DNA of 64,000 nt from an uncultured Gemmatimonadaceae bacterium (GTDB lineage Bacteria > Gemmatimonadota > Gemmatimonadetes > Gemmatimonadales > Gemmatimonadaceae), in NCBI GenBank assembly GCA_963761305.1, contig CAVXGK010000001.1, positions 1,696,001 through 1,760,000 of the forward strand, written 5' to 3'. Position numbers and translations under genes: made by a program. Within the stretch, counting starts at the first letter, position 1, and every line of letters starts with the position of its first letter. The notes below the pieces were generated by a model that was not told the origin of the DNA, did no database searches, and saw only the letters and a list, made by a program, of their open reading frames with translations. Below, piece after piece: positions 52,281-62,637 of the stretch.

Positions 52281-54508
52281 TCAATCCGAGAGAATCTTGA
52301 GACACTCTGCGACCGTAGTGCGATCGTCGAACCAGTATTCGTCCAGCAAGGGAGCGATCTCCTCCCGCACGACGCCGGCGTACCAGGCCGACGACTGGGT
52401 CACAGGACCGGTCGGGCAGAAGTAGCTGTGGCCGATGGCAAAACCGGGGCCCAGGTTCTTGTGATCCGCCGCGATCCGCCTGTTAACCTCACCGACACGT
52501 TCGAGAATCCGATCGATGACCGCGTCGTCAACGCCTCGCTCGAGGAGCATGCGGCGGAACGGCCGGGCTCGCGAATGCGGGTTCGAGCGTCACGAACGCG
52601 AATCGCCGCCGCAGAGCGTAATCCACCATCGCTAGCGAGCGATCGGCTGTGTTCATCAAGCCTATGATGAAGACATTGTCTGGGACATAGAATGTGTCAC
52701 TCGCCGATTCAGCGTACGTGAGGGGGATGGCGAACTCCGGCCCCCGCTTGTCGCCCTCAATCAGAAGGAGCAGTTCGCCGAATACTTTGCTCAGATTGCC
52801 GCGGTTGATCTCGTCGATGACGAAAACGTGCGGCTCGCCGGGTCGAGACTGCGCTCGGCGGCAGAACTCGTGGAAGACGCCGTTGCGCAGCGCGAAACCA
52901 CCACCGCCATTTGGGCGCCATCCTTGAATGAAATCCTCATAGGCATAGCTCTGATGAAACTGCACCATCTGCACGTTGTCGGGCGATTCGGCCCCGACCA
53001 GCGCATACGCCAGCCGTCGCGCGAGAAATGATTTGCCGACTCCCGGAGAGCCCTGGATAATCAAATTTTTCCGGCGGCGGATGCTGGCGAGAATCTGTTC
53101 TACTGTGTCGCGGGACAGGAAAGCCTCCCGCAGGATGTCTTCAACCCCGTAGGGCTTCGGTTCGGCAAGGGCCGGGACGCCGGCTCCGCTCTGCTCGCGA
53201 ACGACCTCGCGAACTGCCTGATACTGCGTAATGTCGGTGAGGGTCTTGAGCGGGAGCTGCGCGGTTTCGGGAAGCGTCCAGTTGCCCTTCTGAAGCCACT
53301 CGACGCGGCGGACGTTTCGGAAGTCGGGTCTGGACGAGTCGTATTGGTACTCGCTGGCGATGCGACCGCGGCCGAGGATGCGATCGCGGCCTTGTTTCAC
53401 GTAGACCTCGTCACCGACGGCAATGTCGTGACAGAACTGGTAGCAGGCGAGCGAGTCGTTCGTGGGATCCTGCTCGCGGTCATACAGCCGCTTGATCGCC
53501 GCACGAATGTCGTCCTGCTTCGAATACTGCCCCAGGTCGCCGAGCTCATCCCAGCCGATCGCGACGAGCCCCTGCTCTAGGAATGCGGGCCATCGATCGG
53601 CGCCTTGCCCCGCACCGATCGCCCACACTCGGGCCTTGGACGGGTAGGGTCTGGCGGGCAATGGCTCACTAATCTGCGTCGCGTCGGCCTTCTCGGGCGG
53701 ATCGGCGTCGCGCCACCGCGCAGCGATTTCAGGTACTTCGTAAAAGTCGACCCAAGTCCCCGGTCGTTCCGCTTCCAAGGCGTGTCGCAAGTGCCAGAGC
53801 CGTCGATCGCGGGCCAACGCTGTCGGTGCGCGATCTTTCAAGTCCAGCGCCTGCGCCTGAAGCATCCCGGCGAATGCCCTCTCAACGCTTTTTTTGTCCG
53901 ACTTCGAGGAGATTCGCTCGAACTCGTCGGGAAAGAGAAGGTGAAGGAGCATATGGCGGAGTTGCCGGGACGTTGCATCAGGCAACCGGTCGAACCAGTC
54001 GGCGAACCCCCACGGATCCTTGAGCAGCGATGCGCGCTCCGAGACATCCAAGGCCTTTATCGCCTCGGTGAACCGAACTAGCAGGAACAGCTCGAAAGGG
54101 CCGGTAGTTGTTGTAGCCCATGCCCCCGCTGCCAATTCCCCTCTCGAAGACGTCGAGCATTCGATTGGGGTCGCGCAGTGGAGTGCCGGACCAATCCCAC
54201 ACTGTGCGGACGAGATTGACCTTCGTGGCGCGCTTGAGATTGCTCGGGAACAGCATCATCACCCAAAGCATCTCCGCGGCCAGCTGCGTCGCTTCCGTCG
54301 GAGCCGGCGCCAGCTGATCGCGCAGCTTTTCTTCGAACGTGCGATCACCCTCGTCCGGCTTCTCAACGAAATGTTGGACGAGGTCGCGGGCGTGCTCAAT
54401 TGTCCAAATGGCGCCCGCCTGGAAGATCGACCCGTCGGCGACGAGGCAATCGCGTTTCCATCGATCGGCTGCGTCGTAGATGACGGTGTTCTCAGTTAGT
54501 CGCGCCAC
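52281..54508 (-). CDS. mcrB: McrB-family AAA+ GTPase with two N-terminal domains (frameshifts near 54110 and 52560)
   Basis: [57 protein letters not shown] over three ORFs. Confidence 0.93.
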
Positions 54509-54582
54509 GGAATCCGAAAGGTTTCAGGTGACTGTAGTGGAAAGAGAGCGAATGTGGCTGGCGCGGGCGTCTGATCATCGGG

Positions 54583-55746
54583 CTATCGGCCTGAACGGGC
54601 AAGCTCAGAGAGAAGGCCCGTCTGTCCGATGCCCAACACCCGATCGCGCCAACGCTGGGCATCCGACACCGCGACCGCCTTGCTGTGGGCCGCCGGATTT
54701 CGGACGTCAGACAATTCCCTCAGCACAGCGGGGAGGCTGGCCGTGAACCACTCTCCGCTGGCACCGAGTCGGCGCTTGAGTGCCTGGTTCAGGTGCTGCG
54801 CCTCGCCGATGAGGCGCGCCAGCGCACCGAGAGGCCAGTGTTCGCCGGCTGTTGGATCAACGCTACGTCCATCGACGTTGGTCAGACGATCGGATGTGGG
54901 CACCCCAGACAGCCCGCGGCGGAGGATGATGTTCGTCTGAAGCTCGATTGCCTTTGCGAAGTCGAGGACGACGGGCGAGAAGTCAAACGCGGGGTCCCTT
55001 CTGTGGGCGCGAAAGAGTGATTCAGCTGTCGCAACGAACGTGCGAACCGCCGGATCAAGCGCGTGCCAAGTTCTCTGGCCGACGACGTTGTCTCGCAATT
55101 CCCCTTCGAGTTCGCCGATACCAGCTCGCTCGGCGTCGAACTCGACCCAATACCGCCCTTCGATCAGCTTCTCTCGAACGTCCGGCTCGAAGTACCGTGC
55201 GCCATCGTCCCTAGTGACGATCAGCGGCAGTTCTACCATTCCGCCGTAGATCGAGACTGGTCGGTCATTGTAGCGGGTGTTGCGCAACTTCTTGAGCTCC
55301 TCGATGACAGCGATGGTATCGTCCAAAATCACGCGGCGAATGTCGAATAGTTTGAACCAGCAGTCGCACCGGAGATCGGACGTTCGATAGAAAGCTGGAA
55401 CGTACGCCTCCTCTCTTTTGTCGGCGCGCAGATCGTTAGCGATGATCTCGCCGACGTGCCCGACGTATAGCGATCGGTAGTCTGTCAAATAGAGATGTAC
55501 CTCTTCGTCGCCATCGGCCTCCTGTCGAAGCACCTCATCCATGGCGAGAATGTCGTCCAGGTGCGGTAACGGCGCTTGGCGGTTTGGAGACTTGGCCTTG
55601 CCCCACCAGACGAACACGTCCTCTTCCTCGAGTTTTCCGTCTCGGTGCGCGCGAGCGTGTTGAAGAAGCAGAGCCACGCTCGCGCTCATTGCATCGGCCG
55701 CGTAGGCCGGATTCCACACGCTGACCAGGTGACGCGCGCTTGTCAT
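54583..55746 (-). CDS. HP0729-like protein with a C-terminal HEPN-type RxxxxH motif
   Basis: N-terminal WNPAY..WWGK..LYLTDYRSLYV resembles the HP0729 family from memory; C-terminal helical region with FAKAIE and VRNPAAH. Confidence 0.65.
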   Translation of the reverse strand: MTSARHLVSVWNPAYAADAMSASVALLLQHARAHRDGKLEEEDVFVWWGKAKSPNRQAPLPHLDDILAMDEVLRQEADGDEEVHLYLTDYRSLYVGHVGEIIANDLRADKREEAYVPAFYRTSDLRCDCWFKLFDIRRVILDDTIAVIEELKKLRNTRYNDRPVSIYGGMVELPLIVTRDDGARYFEPDVREKLIEGRYWVEFDAERAGIGELEGELRDNVVGQRTWHALDPAVRTFVATAESLFRAHRRDPAFDFSPVVLDFAKAIELQTNIILRRGLSGVPTSDRLTNVDGRSVDPTAGEHWPLGALARLIGEAQHLNQALKRRLGASGEWFTASLPAVLRELSDVRNPAAHSKAVAVSDAQRWRDRVLGIGQTGLLSELARSGR

Positions 55747-55938
55747 TCCGTGCTCCCGGGGACACTGGGCGGTTCAGACTGCCGGCGTGACGATATCGGT
55801 GACATCGACGCGGGCGGCGAGCCAAACGGGACTATTGGTCAAGTCCGTTTGGCGAACCAGCAGTCAGAATCGGCCGTGAATGTGCACCCCAGCCGCCGAT
55901 CCCGCGAGACGCCTGGCACGTATCGCAACATCAGCGTT

Positions 55939-56526
55939 CTAATTGCTCTTCTCTTCGGCCGTTACGATTGCCTCGGCCGGTTCGGCTCCGGCGAAAACCA
56001 CGCTCATCAAGCCCGGGAAGTAGTGTTCGCAGCACCCCAGCGCCGTGTGAACCATGCGTCGGATCATCTCGGGGACGATCGCCCCACCGCTCGCGTCGAT
56101 GGTCAGGCGAAACCGCATCTCGCCGTCGCCCGGATCCAACTCGAAGTTTCCGGTGCGTAGCCGCCAGTTGGCCCGATTCAGGTAGTCCAAGGCGCGGGCG
56201 CGTTGTGGCTCGGGTGCGTTGACGCCGATCTCCGCCACGCAGAGCAGTACCGGCCGGTCATCGTATGCCTTGAAGCACAGGCGATAGGATGCGTGGATCG
56301 CTCGCACGGAACAGCATATCTGATTGACGCCAAGGAGATGTGATTGCCACTGGAATTCGCCGAGGACTCCGGCGACCGTCGCAATCAGCGGGTGCGGAAC
56401 CATCGCCTCCTGACGTTCGACGACTCCGCTAAGCTGTTGCCCTGTCAGCGTGTCGAGCCAGATCTCTGTTCCATCGTCGTCCCGGGAAAGACGAACGATT
56501 CGCTGCTCATCCTTCTTTGTCTCCAA
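55939..56526 (-). CDS. YbjN-domain protein
   Basis: RARALDYLNRANWRLRTGNFELDPGDGEMRFR. Confidence 0.85.
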   Translation of the reverse strand: METKKDEQRIVRLSRDDDGTEIWLDTLTGQQLSGVVERQEAMVPHPLIATVAGVLGEFQWQSHLLGVNQICCSVRAIHASYRLCFKAYDDRPVLLCVAEIGVNAPEPQRARALDYLNRANWRLRTGNFELDPGDGEMRFRLTIDASGGAIVPEMIRRMVHTALGCCEHYFPGLMSVVFAGAEPAEAIVTAEEKSN

Positions 56527-56559
56527 GGGTACCTCGCTGAGAAAGCGTTGAAACCCGCT

Positions 56560-56590
56560 CTCTCAACGTACGGCACCCCTCTGACAGTCG
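56560..56590 (-). promoter_or_regulatory. PafBC/RecA-NDp-like promoter (TGTCAG-N10-TACGTT) for the ybjN-HEPN-mcrBC-pafBC run
   Basis: Minus strand CGACTGTCAGAGGGGTGCCGTACGTTGAGAG; -10-like box about 40 nt upstream of the ybjN start. Confidence 0.7.
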
Positions 56591-56629
56591 ACTCGTGGAT
56601 GCGGTTGCGGGTCGCGGTGCGCGCAGCCA

Positions 56630-56657
56630 GACTGTCAGACCCCACCGTGAGATTGAG
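56630..56657 (+). promoter_or_regulatory. Divergent PafBC-like promoter (TGTCAG-N10-GAGATT) for the TM0106 nuclease-helicase
   Basis: GACTGTCAGACCCCACCGTGAGATTGAG, ending 20 nt before ATG 56678. Confidence 0.6.
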
Positions 56658-56677
56658 CACCATCCACAGGCCACCGA

Positions 56678-59600
56678 ATGCAACCTGACGGCGCCGCCGT
56701 TCTCTACTCCGCCAAGGATCTCATCAACTTCCTTGGCTGCCAGCACAGCACCGCTCTCGACCTCCAAGTCGCGGCGCGCGCGCTGCGCGCGCCGGAAGGT
56801 GTCGAAGACGGCTACCTCGACCTCCTCAAAGCCAAGGGTAACGCGCACGAACGCGCCTATCTCGAAAAGCTGAAGGCCGAAGGCAGGTCCGTGCGCGAGA
56901 TAACGCGCGTCGAGTCGCTGGACGAAATGACCGCGGCGACGCGTCAGGCGATGCGTGACGGCGTGGACGTCATCTACCAGGGTGCTCTGCGTTCCGGGCC
57001 GTGGCACGGGTATTCGGATTTTCTCTTGCGCGTCGACGTTGCGTCCGACCTCGGCAACTACTCGTACGAGGTCGCCGACACCAAGCTGGCCCGCACAGCA
57101 CAACCCAAGCACGTCGTACAGCTGTGCATCTACTCCGAACTGGTCGCGCGCGAGCAGGGGCTGCGCCCGAAGCACACGCATGTCGTGCTCGGCGACAGCA
57201 GCGCGGTGACCTTGAGGGTCGAAGACTACCGCCACTATGTGGACGTCGTGCGCGAGCGGTTCGAAGCGTTCGCCACCGGCAAGCACGAGACGGAAGCCGA
57301 GCCTTGTTCGCACTGCGAGCTTTGCCGCTGGTCGGAGCGCTGCACCGAGGAGTGGGAGGCGACCGACAGCCTCCGACTCGTCGCACGGCTCAGCGGCACA
57401 CAAGCCACAAAGTTGCGCGCCGCGGGGGTGACGAACCTCCGCGAGCTGGCTGTTGTCGACGATCGCCAGATCCCGAAAATGCGGGCTGAGACCCTCCAGC
57501 GCTTGCGCGCGCAGGCTCGGCTTCAGGACGTGAAGCGCAGAACTGGTGAGAACTGCGTCGAAACGCTAACGCTGGAACCGCACCGCGGTTTCGCGCGCCT
57601 GCCACAGCCGCACCAAGGCGACCTCTTCTTCGACATGGAGGGCGATCCGGTCTACTCGGCGGATGGCTCCCTGGAATACCTGTTCGGATTTCACCACGTG
57701 GACGCCGGCGAAGAAAAGTTCACGCCGTTTTGGGCGCGCGACCGTGCCTCGGAGAAGAAAGCATTCGAAGACGCCCTCGATTTCATCACGGCGCGGATTG
57801 CGCGGTTTCCCGACGCGTTCGTCTACCACTACGCCGTCGTACGAGGAAGTCGCGCTCAGAAAGTTGGCGCGGAAATACGGCACCTCGGTGTCGGCTGCGG
57901 TGGCCGAGCCGGACAAGAAACAGGTAGACGCCATCAAGCGGCTGGCACAGCAGTACGGCACGCGCGAGGACCAGGTTGACGACCTGCTCCGAGGCCGCAA
58001 GCTGGTAGACCTATATAAGGTAGTCCGAGAGGGGATCCGAGACCTCCGAGCCATCATACTCGCTCAAGAACCTCGAGGCGTTCTACGCCCCGGAGCGGAC
58101 GGAGGTGATCACGAGCGGCAGCGACAGCATCGTCGCGTTCGAGCGCTGGCTCGCGCTGGGCGACGAGACGCTGCTCCACCAAATCGAGGAGTACAACGCG
58201 TTCGACTGCCGCTCGACGAAGCTCTGCCGCGATTGGTTGCTGTCGCTGCGGCCCGTCCGAGGTGGAGTGGTTCGATCCCAAGAAAGCGGACGCGCAAGAC
58301 GCCGAGAAGGAAAAGGAGCGCGAGGCGAAGCGCCGAGCCAGCGACGCGCGCATTCTTGAACTTCGCCAGGCGCTCGTTCTGAACGTCTCCGACGACGAAC
58401 GCCCGTGGCGCGAGCTCCTCGGTTACCTGCTGGAATACCACCGCCGCGAGGCGCGGCAGGAATGGTGGCAGTTCTTCGCACGCCGGGACGCGCGTGTCGA
58501 AGAATTGATCGAGGATGCTGACTGCATCGGTGGGCTGATCGTGGACACATCGGTGCCACTCAGCGGCCTGAGAAGAAGTCGAAGGTTTGGACGCTACGCT
58601 TTCCGGAGCAGGAGCTGAAGCTCGGCGCCGGCGACAAGGTGGTGCGCGCGGATACTGGTGAGGGGCTCGAGATCATGTCGCTCGACGAGCGCGCGTGTAC
58701 ACTGGAGCTCAAGGTGGGTCCGTCGCGCGAGCCATTGATCGACGGCATCTCGTTGATCCCGCCGCGGCCCGATGAACGACACCACTCAGCGCGAGGCGAT
58801 CGTCAGGTATGCCGAGGCGGTTATTGCCGGACGCGAGAAGGACTACGCCGCAATAACGAGCATCGTTCGGAAGGATCCGTCCGAGGCTGACGGACGCGGT
58901 CATCTTGGGCGGAGGCGGCACGTCGGACTTGCTGTCAGGGACAATCGACGCGGTCGGACGAATGGACAACTCGCACCTGGTCATTCAGGGCCCGCCCGGC
59001 ACCGGCAAGACATTCACGTCGGCACATGCGATCGTCGAGCTGTTGAAGAATGGCAAGCGCGTCGGGGTCACCGCCTTTACGCACAAGGCGATCAACAATC
59101 TGCTGAATAAGATCGAAGAGGTTGCCCGGGAGCGCGGCGTGAAGTTCACGGGCGTGAAGAAGTCCTCGAGCGACACCGAACAACGGCTCGGCGGTTCAGT
59201 CATAGTAGACACGGACGACAACGCCGTCGCGACCAGCGACGACTATCAACTCGTCGCCGGTACGGCGTGGCTGTTTTCACGGCCGGAGCTTGACCGCAGG
59301 CTCGATTACCTGTTCGTGGATGAAGCCGGCCAGATGAGCCTCGCGAGCGTCGTGTCATGTGGCGCGAGCGCCAGGAACATCGTGCTCGTGGGAGACCAGA
59401 TGCAGCTCTCGCAGCCGGTCAAGGGCGCGCACCCGGGCGGGAGCGGCGTCTCTGCGTTGGATCACCTGATGGGTGACTGGGCCACGGTGCCGGAGGACCG
59501 TGGGATCTTTCTCGCGAAGACATGGCGCATGCAACCCGACCTGTGCCGGTTCGTGTCGGATGCCTTTTACGACGGGCGGCTCGAGTCGGTGGAGTCCGCC

Positions 59601-60127
59601 GCGCAACAGAAGCTGATTCTTTCGGGCGAACGCTCGCGGCGCGCTCGCGCCATTCGGGCTGCGATTCGTGCCGGTGGAGCACGAGGATCGGTCGCAGAAG
59701 AGTGACGAGGAAGCCGATCGGCTGAACGGCGTATATCGTGAGCTGCTCGGACAATGCTGGGTGAATCAGCGCGGCGAGACGAAGTCGATCACCATGGATG
59801 ACATTCTCGTGGTGAGCCCGTACAATATGCAGGTGAATCTGCTGAAGCTCGTGCTGCCGAACGGCGCTCGCGTGGGCACCGTGGACAAGTTTCAGGGCCA
59901 GGAGGGCGCCGTGGTGCTGATCTCGATGGCGGCGTCGAGCGGCGAGCACATTCCGCGCGGGATAGAGTTCCTGTTCGTCGCGAAATCGGTTGAACGTGGC
60001 TATGTCTCGTGCTCGTTGCCTGTCGACCATTCTGGCGTCGCCGCTGCTGTTGGGCGTCACGTGCGGCATTCGGTTCGAGCAGATGCGGCTGGCCAATGTC
60101 ATTTGCTGGTTCGCGTCGTATGTCTAA
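56678..60127 (+). CDS. TM0106-family RecB-like nuclease fused to an RNase-H-like domain and an SF1 (DNA2/UPF1-like) helicase (many frameshifts)
   Basis: YSAKDLINFLGC, DFLLR..EVADTK, FFDMEGDP, YNAFDC, QGPPGTGKT, VDEAGQ, VGDQMQL, GTVDKFQGQE, NRLNVAMSRA. Confidence 0.92.
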
Positions 60128-60266
60128 GGCGGCCAAAATATCGGTCGACCCTCACAGCTTTCCCCAGTCGGAACGACACCGCCAACTAGGCAATGCGCCA
60201 CGACCGCTGCAGCGCGGCGGATTGCACGGACGGTCGCCCGCACAATGAGCATGCAATCGCCCGACG

Positions 60267-60698
60267 ATGGATCGAATCAATAGACGGCGGCGTTCGGCAA
60301 ACATGGCGGCGATCCGTGGTCGAGATACGACTCCGGAACGCGCTGTAGCGGCCGCGCTCAAACGTCTGCGATACACCTTTCGGACTCACGCGCGCGAACT
60401 ACCCGGTCGACCTGACTTTGTCCTCCCTCGTCGGCGAATGGCCGTTCTCGTTCACGGCTGCTTCTGGCACCGCCACCGAACCTGTCGATTCGCGTATACG
60501 CCGAAATCCCGCATCGATTTCTGGATGGCGAAGTTCGCCGAGAACGTTGCCCGCGACCGCAGGGTACGGCAGGCCTTACGGCGCGACGGCTGGCGTGTGA
60601 TCGAAATATGGGAGTGCCAGACTGACGAGCCCACGCGACTCGATCGGCGCTTGAAGCGTGCGATCAAGGGGCCCGTAGAGCGGGTTGAAGACCAGTGA
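60267..60698 (+). CDS. vsr: Very-short-patch repair endonuclease
   Basis: RSANMAAIRGRDTTPE, LPGRPDFV, VHGCFWH, FWMAKFAENVARD, IWEC. Confidence 0.96.
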   Translation: MDRINRRRRSANMAAIRGRDTTPERAVAAALKRLRYTFRTHARELPGRPDFVLPRRRMAVLVHGCFWHRHRTCRFAYTPKSRIDFWMAKFAENVARDRRVRQALRRDGWRVIEIWECQTDEPTRLDRRLKRAIKGPVERVEDQ

Positions 60699-62188
60699 AG
60701 AAGGGCGGATTGGAGGATGTTACACCCCGCCCGGGTGAACTCATCGATTCGCTCCGCGACTTCGGATACACGTTGCACTCGGCCATCGCGGACCTCGTGG
60801 ACAACAGTATCACGGCGGAGGCGCATAAGATCGCTATAACCGTTGCGCCAGAAGGTCAGCGCCCCGCGCACATCGGTGTCGTCGATGACGGCAGAGGAAT
60901 GTCTGTCGAGACGCTTGTCGAGGCGATGCGGCTCGGGACGAAGGGGCCGCGGGCCACGCGAGCGCCGGGCGATCTGGGCCGTTTCGGCCTCGGGATGAAA
61001 ACCGCGTCGCTGTCCCAAGGCAGATCGGTGACCGTCATTACAAAGCGCGCCGGAGAAGAACCGAGTGGCCGCTGTCTGGATGTGCGGTTCGTACGGGATG
61101 AAAAGGCGTGGTCGCTGAAGGCGCCAGACTCGCGTCTTGCGATTGAGTACGCGGCGATCGTCGATGCTCAGGCGTGCGGCACAGCGGTCATCATCGAGGA
61201 CCTAGATCGCGCCACCTTTCTCAAAGTGCCGCCCGCCCAGTTACACGAGCACCTCGGCATGGCATTAAGCATCGTGGCTGACCATCTGGGCCTAGTCTTT
61301 CATCGATTCATTGCCGACGGTCTGCAGATTCGAATCGGCGAGAAAACCATCGCCGGCTGGGATCCGTTTCTCTCCGGACAGTCCACCGCGCTGCCCACGA
61401 GGCATGCGTCTCGAAGGAGCGCCGATCGTCCTGTCACCTTATGTACTTCCACATAAGTCAAGGCTTTCGTCAGATGACGAACACACGCGCGCGGGCGGGC
61501 CCCGCGGCTGGAATGAGCACCAAGGGTTCTACATTTACAGGTGCGGTCGTCTGATCGTGCCCGGCACGTGGCTGAACTTGGGACGAAGAAAGAGGAGCAC
61601 TATAAGCTCGCACGAATCGCCGTTGATCTTCCCAACAGTATGGATGAGGCATGGCACCTGAACGTGACGAAAGCGCACGTTGCCGCGCCAGCGTATCTCC
61701 GGGATGATCTGCGGCGCATCGCCCGTCGGACACGGAGCGATGCGTCAAACGTCTTCCGGTATCGAGGAGAGCGCGCAGCGCCGACGCAGGGACCACCAGA
61801 ACGGTTCGTATGGAAGCGCGAGGAGACGCAATCCGGCGTCCGCTTCCGTATCGACCGGAGTCACCCGGTGATCCGCGCGCTACTCCATGCGGGTTGTGGA
61901 CACGAAAGTCTGCTGAATGGTGCGTTCGAGCTGGTGGAGCGTACGGTGCCGATTGCGGCAATGCTTCAGGATCCGGGAAGCGCCGTTGACGGGAGCGTCG
62001 AAGATCCGGATGCCAAATTGCTGACGCACATGGCGTCACTGGCGAGTCACACGCAGGCTTTCCTGATCCGCGCGGGCAAGTCTCCGCAACAGGCCCGTCA
62101 CATCGTACTCACCTCCGAACCGTTTGTTCGCTGGCGCGCAGCGCTCCAGCCCCTCCTCGGAAGCGACTTAGTCAACTCTGAACCATGA
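60695..62188 (+). CDS. MutL/MORC-like GHKL ATPase (MzaB-like; frameshifts near 61400 and 61590)
   Basis: LRDFGYTLHSAIADLVDNSITA, DDGRGM, DLGRFGLGMKTAS, QGFYIYR, YKLARI; GTGA overlap with vsr. Confidence 0.9.
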
Positions 62189-62637
62189 GCGCTCCTTTCA
62201 CTCAGTTCACTGCGGCGCAGGTCGTTGAAATCCTGATGCAGTTGTTTCAGAGCGGGGCGGACGTCACGCCAGCTCAAGTCCAGGAACGGGTCCAACAATT
62301 CTTGGAAGCGCCGGGTTTCGGCCACCTGAAGCCCGAGATCGCCTCGATCGTCGACGAAATACTGCGGCGCATCAAAGTCGTGATTGGTGCGGCGGCCGTT
62401 CTTGATGACGATGACGATCACATCGACTGGCTTGAGGACGCGGACCGATCGAGCTGGCGTCTGTGGCCGCGGCTTGAGGATTATCTGAAGCGCATCGACA
62501 AATTGCCGCCCGCCGTCGTCGGTGAGGTCGGCCGATCCACGGATCTCGTACTCAAACGGTTGGAAAGCCCTGAACGCGATGGACAATGGGACCGACGCGG
62601 CTCGTGGTAGGACATGTTCAGTCTGGAAGACGACCCA
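62185..62637 (+). CDS. N-terminal fragment of a Z1-domain protein (MzaC-like), cut at the junction
   Basis: ATGA overlap with the ATPase gene; ..WDRRG(L)VVGHVQSG(KT) Walker-A-like motif typical of Z1 proteins, then an abrupt change of sequence. Confidence 0.8.

Noticed and set aside
56678..57400. Cas4 / CRISPR adaptation gene
   Set aside because: The RecB-like domain is the N-terminus of a TM0106 nuclease-helicase fusion; there is no cas1/cas2 or array.
41100..62637. Prophage or integrative element with defined ends
   Set aside because: No integrase, transposase, tRNA, or phage structural or conjugation genes were seen.
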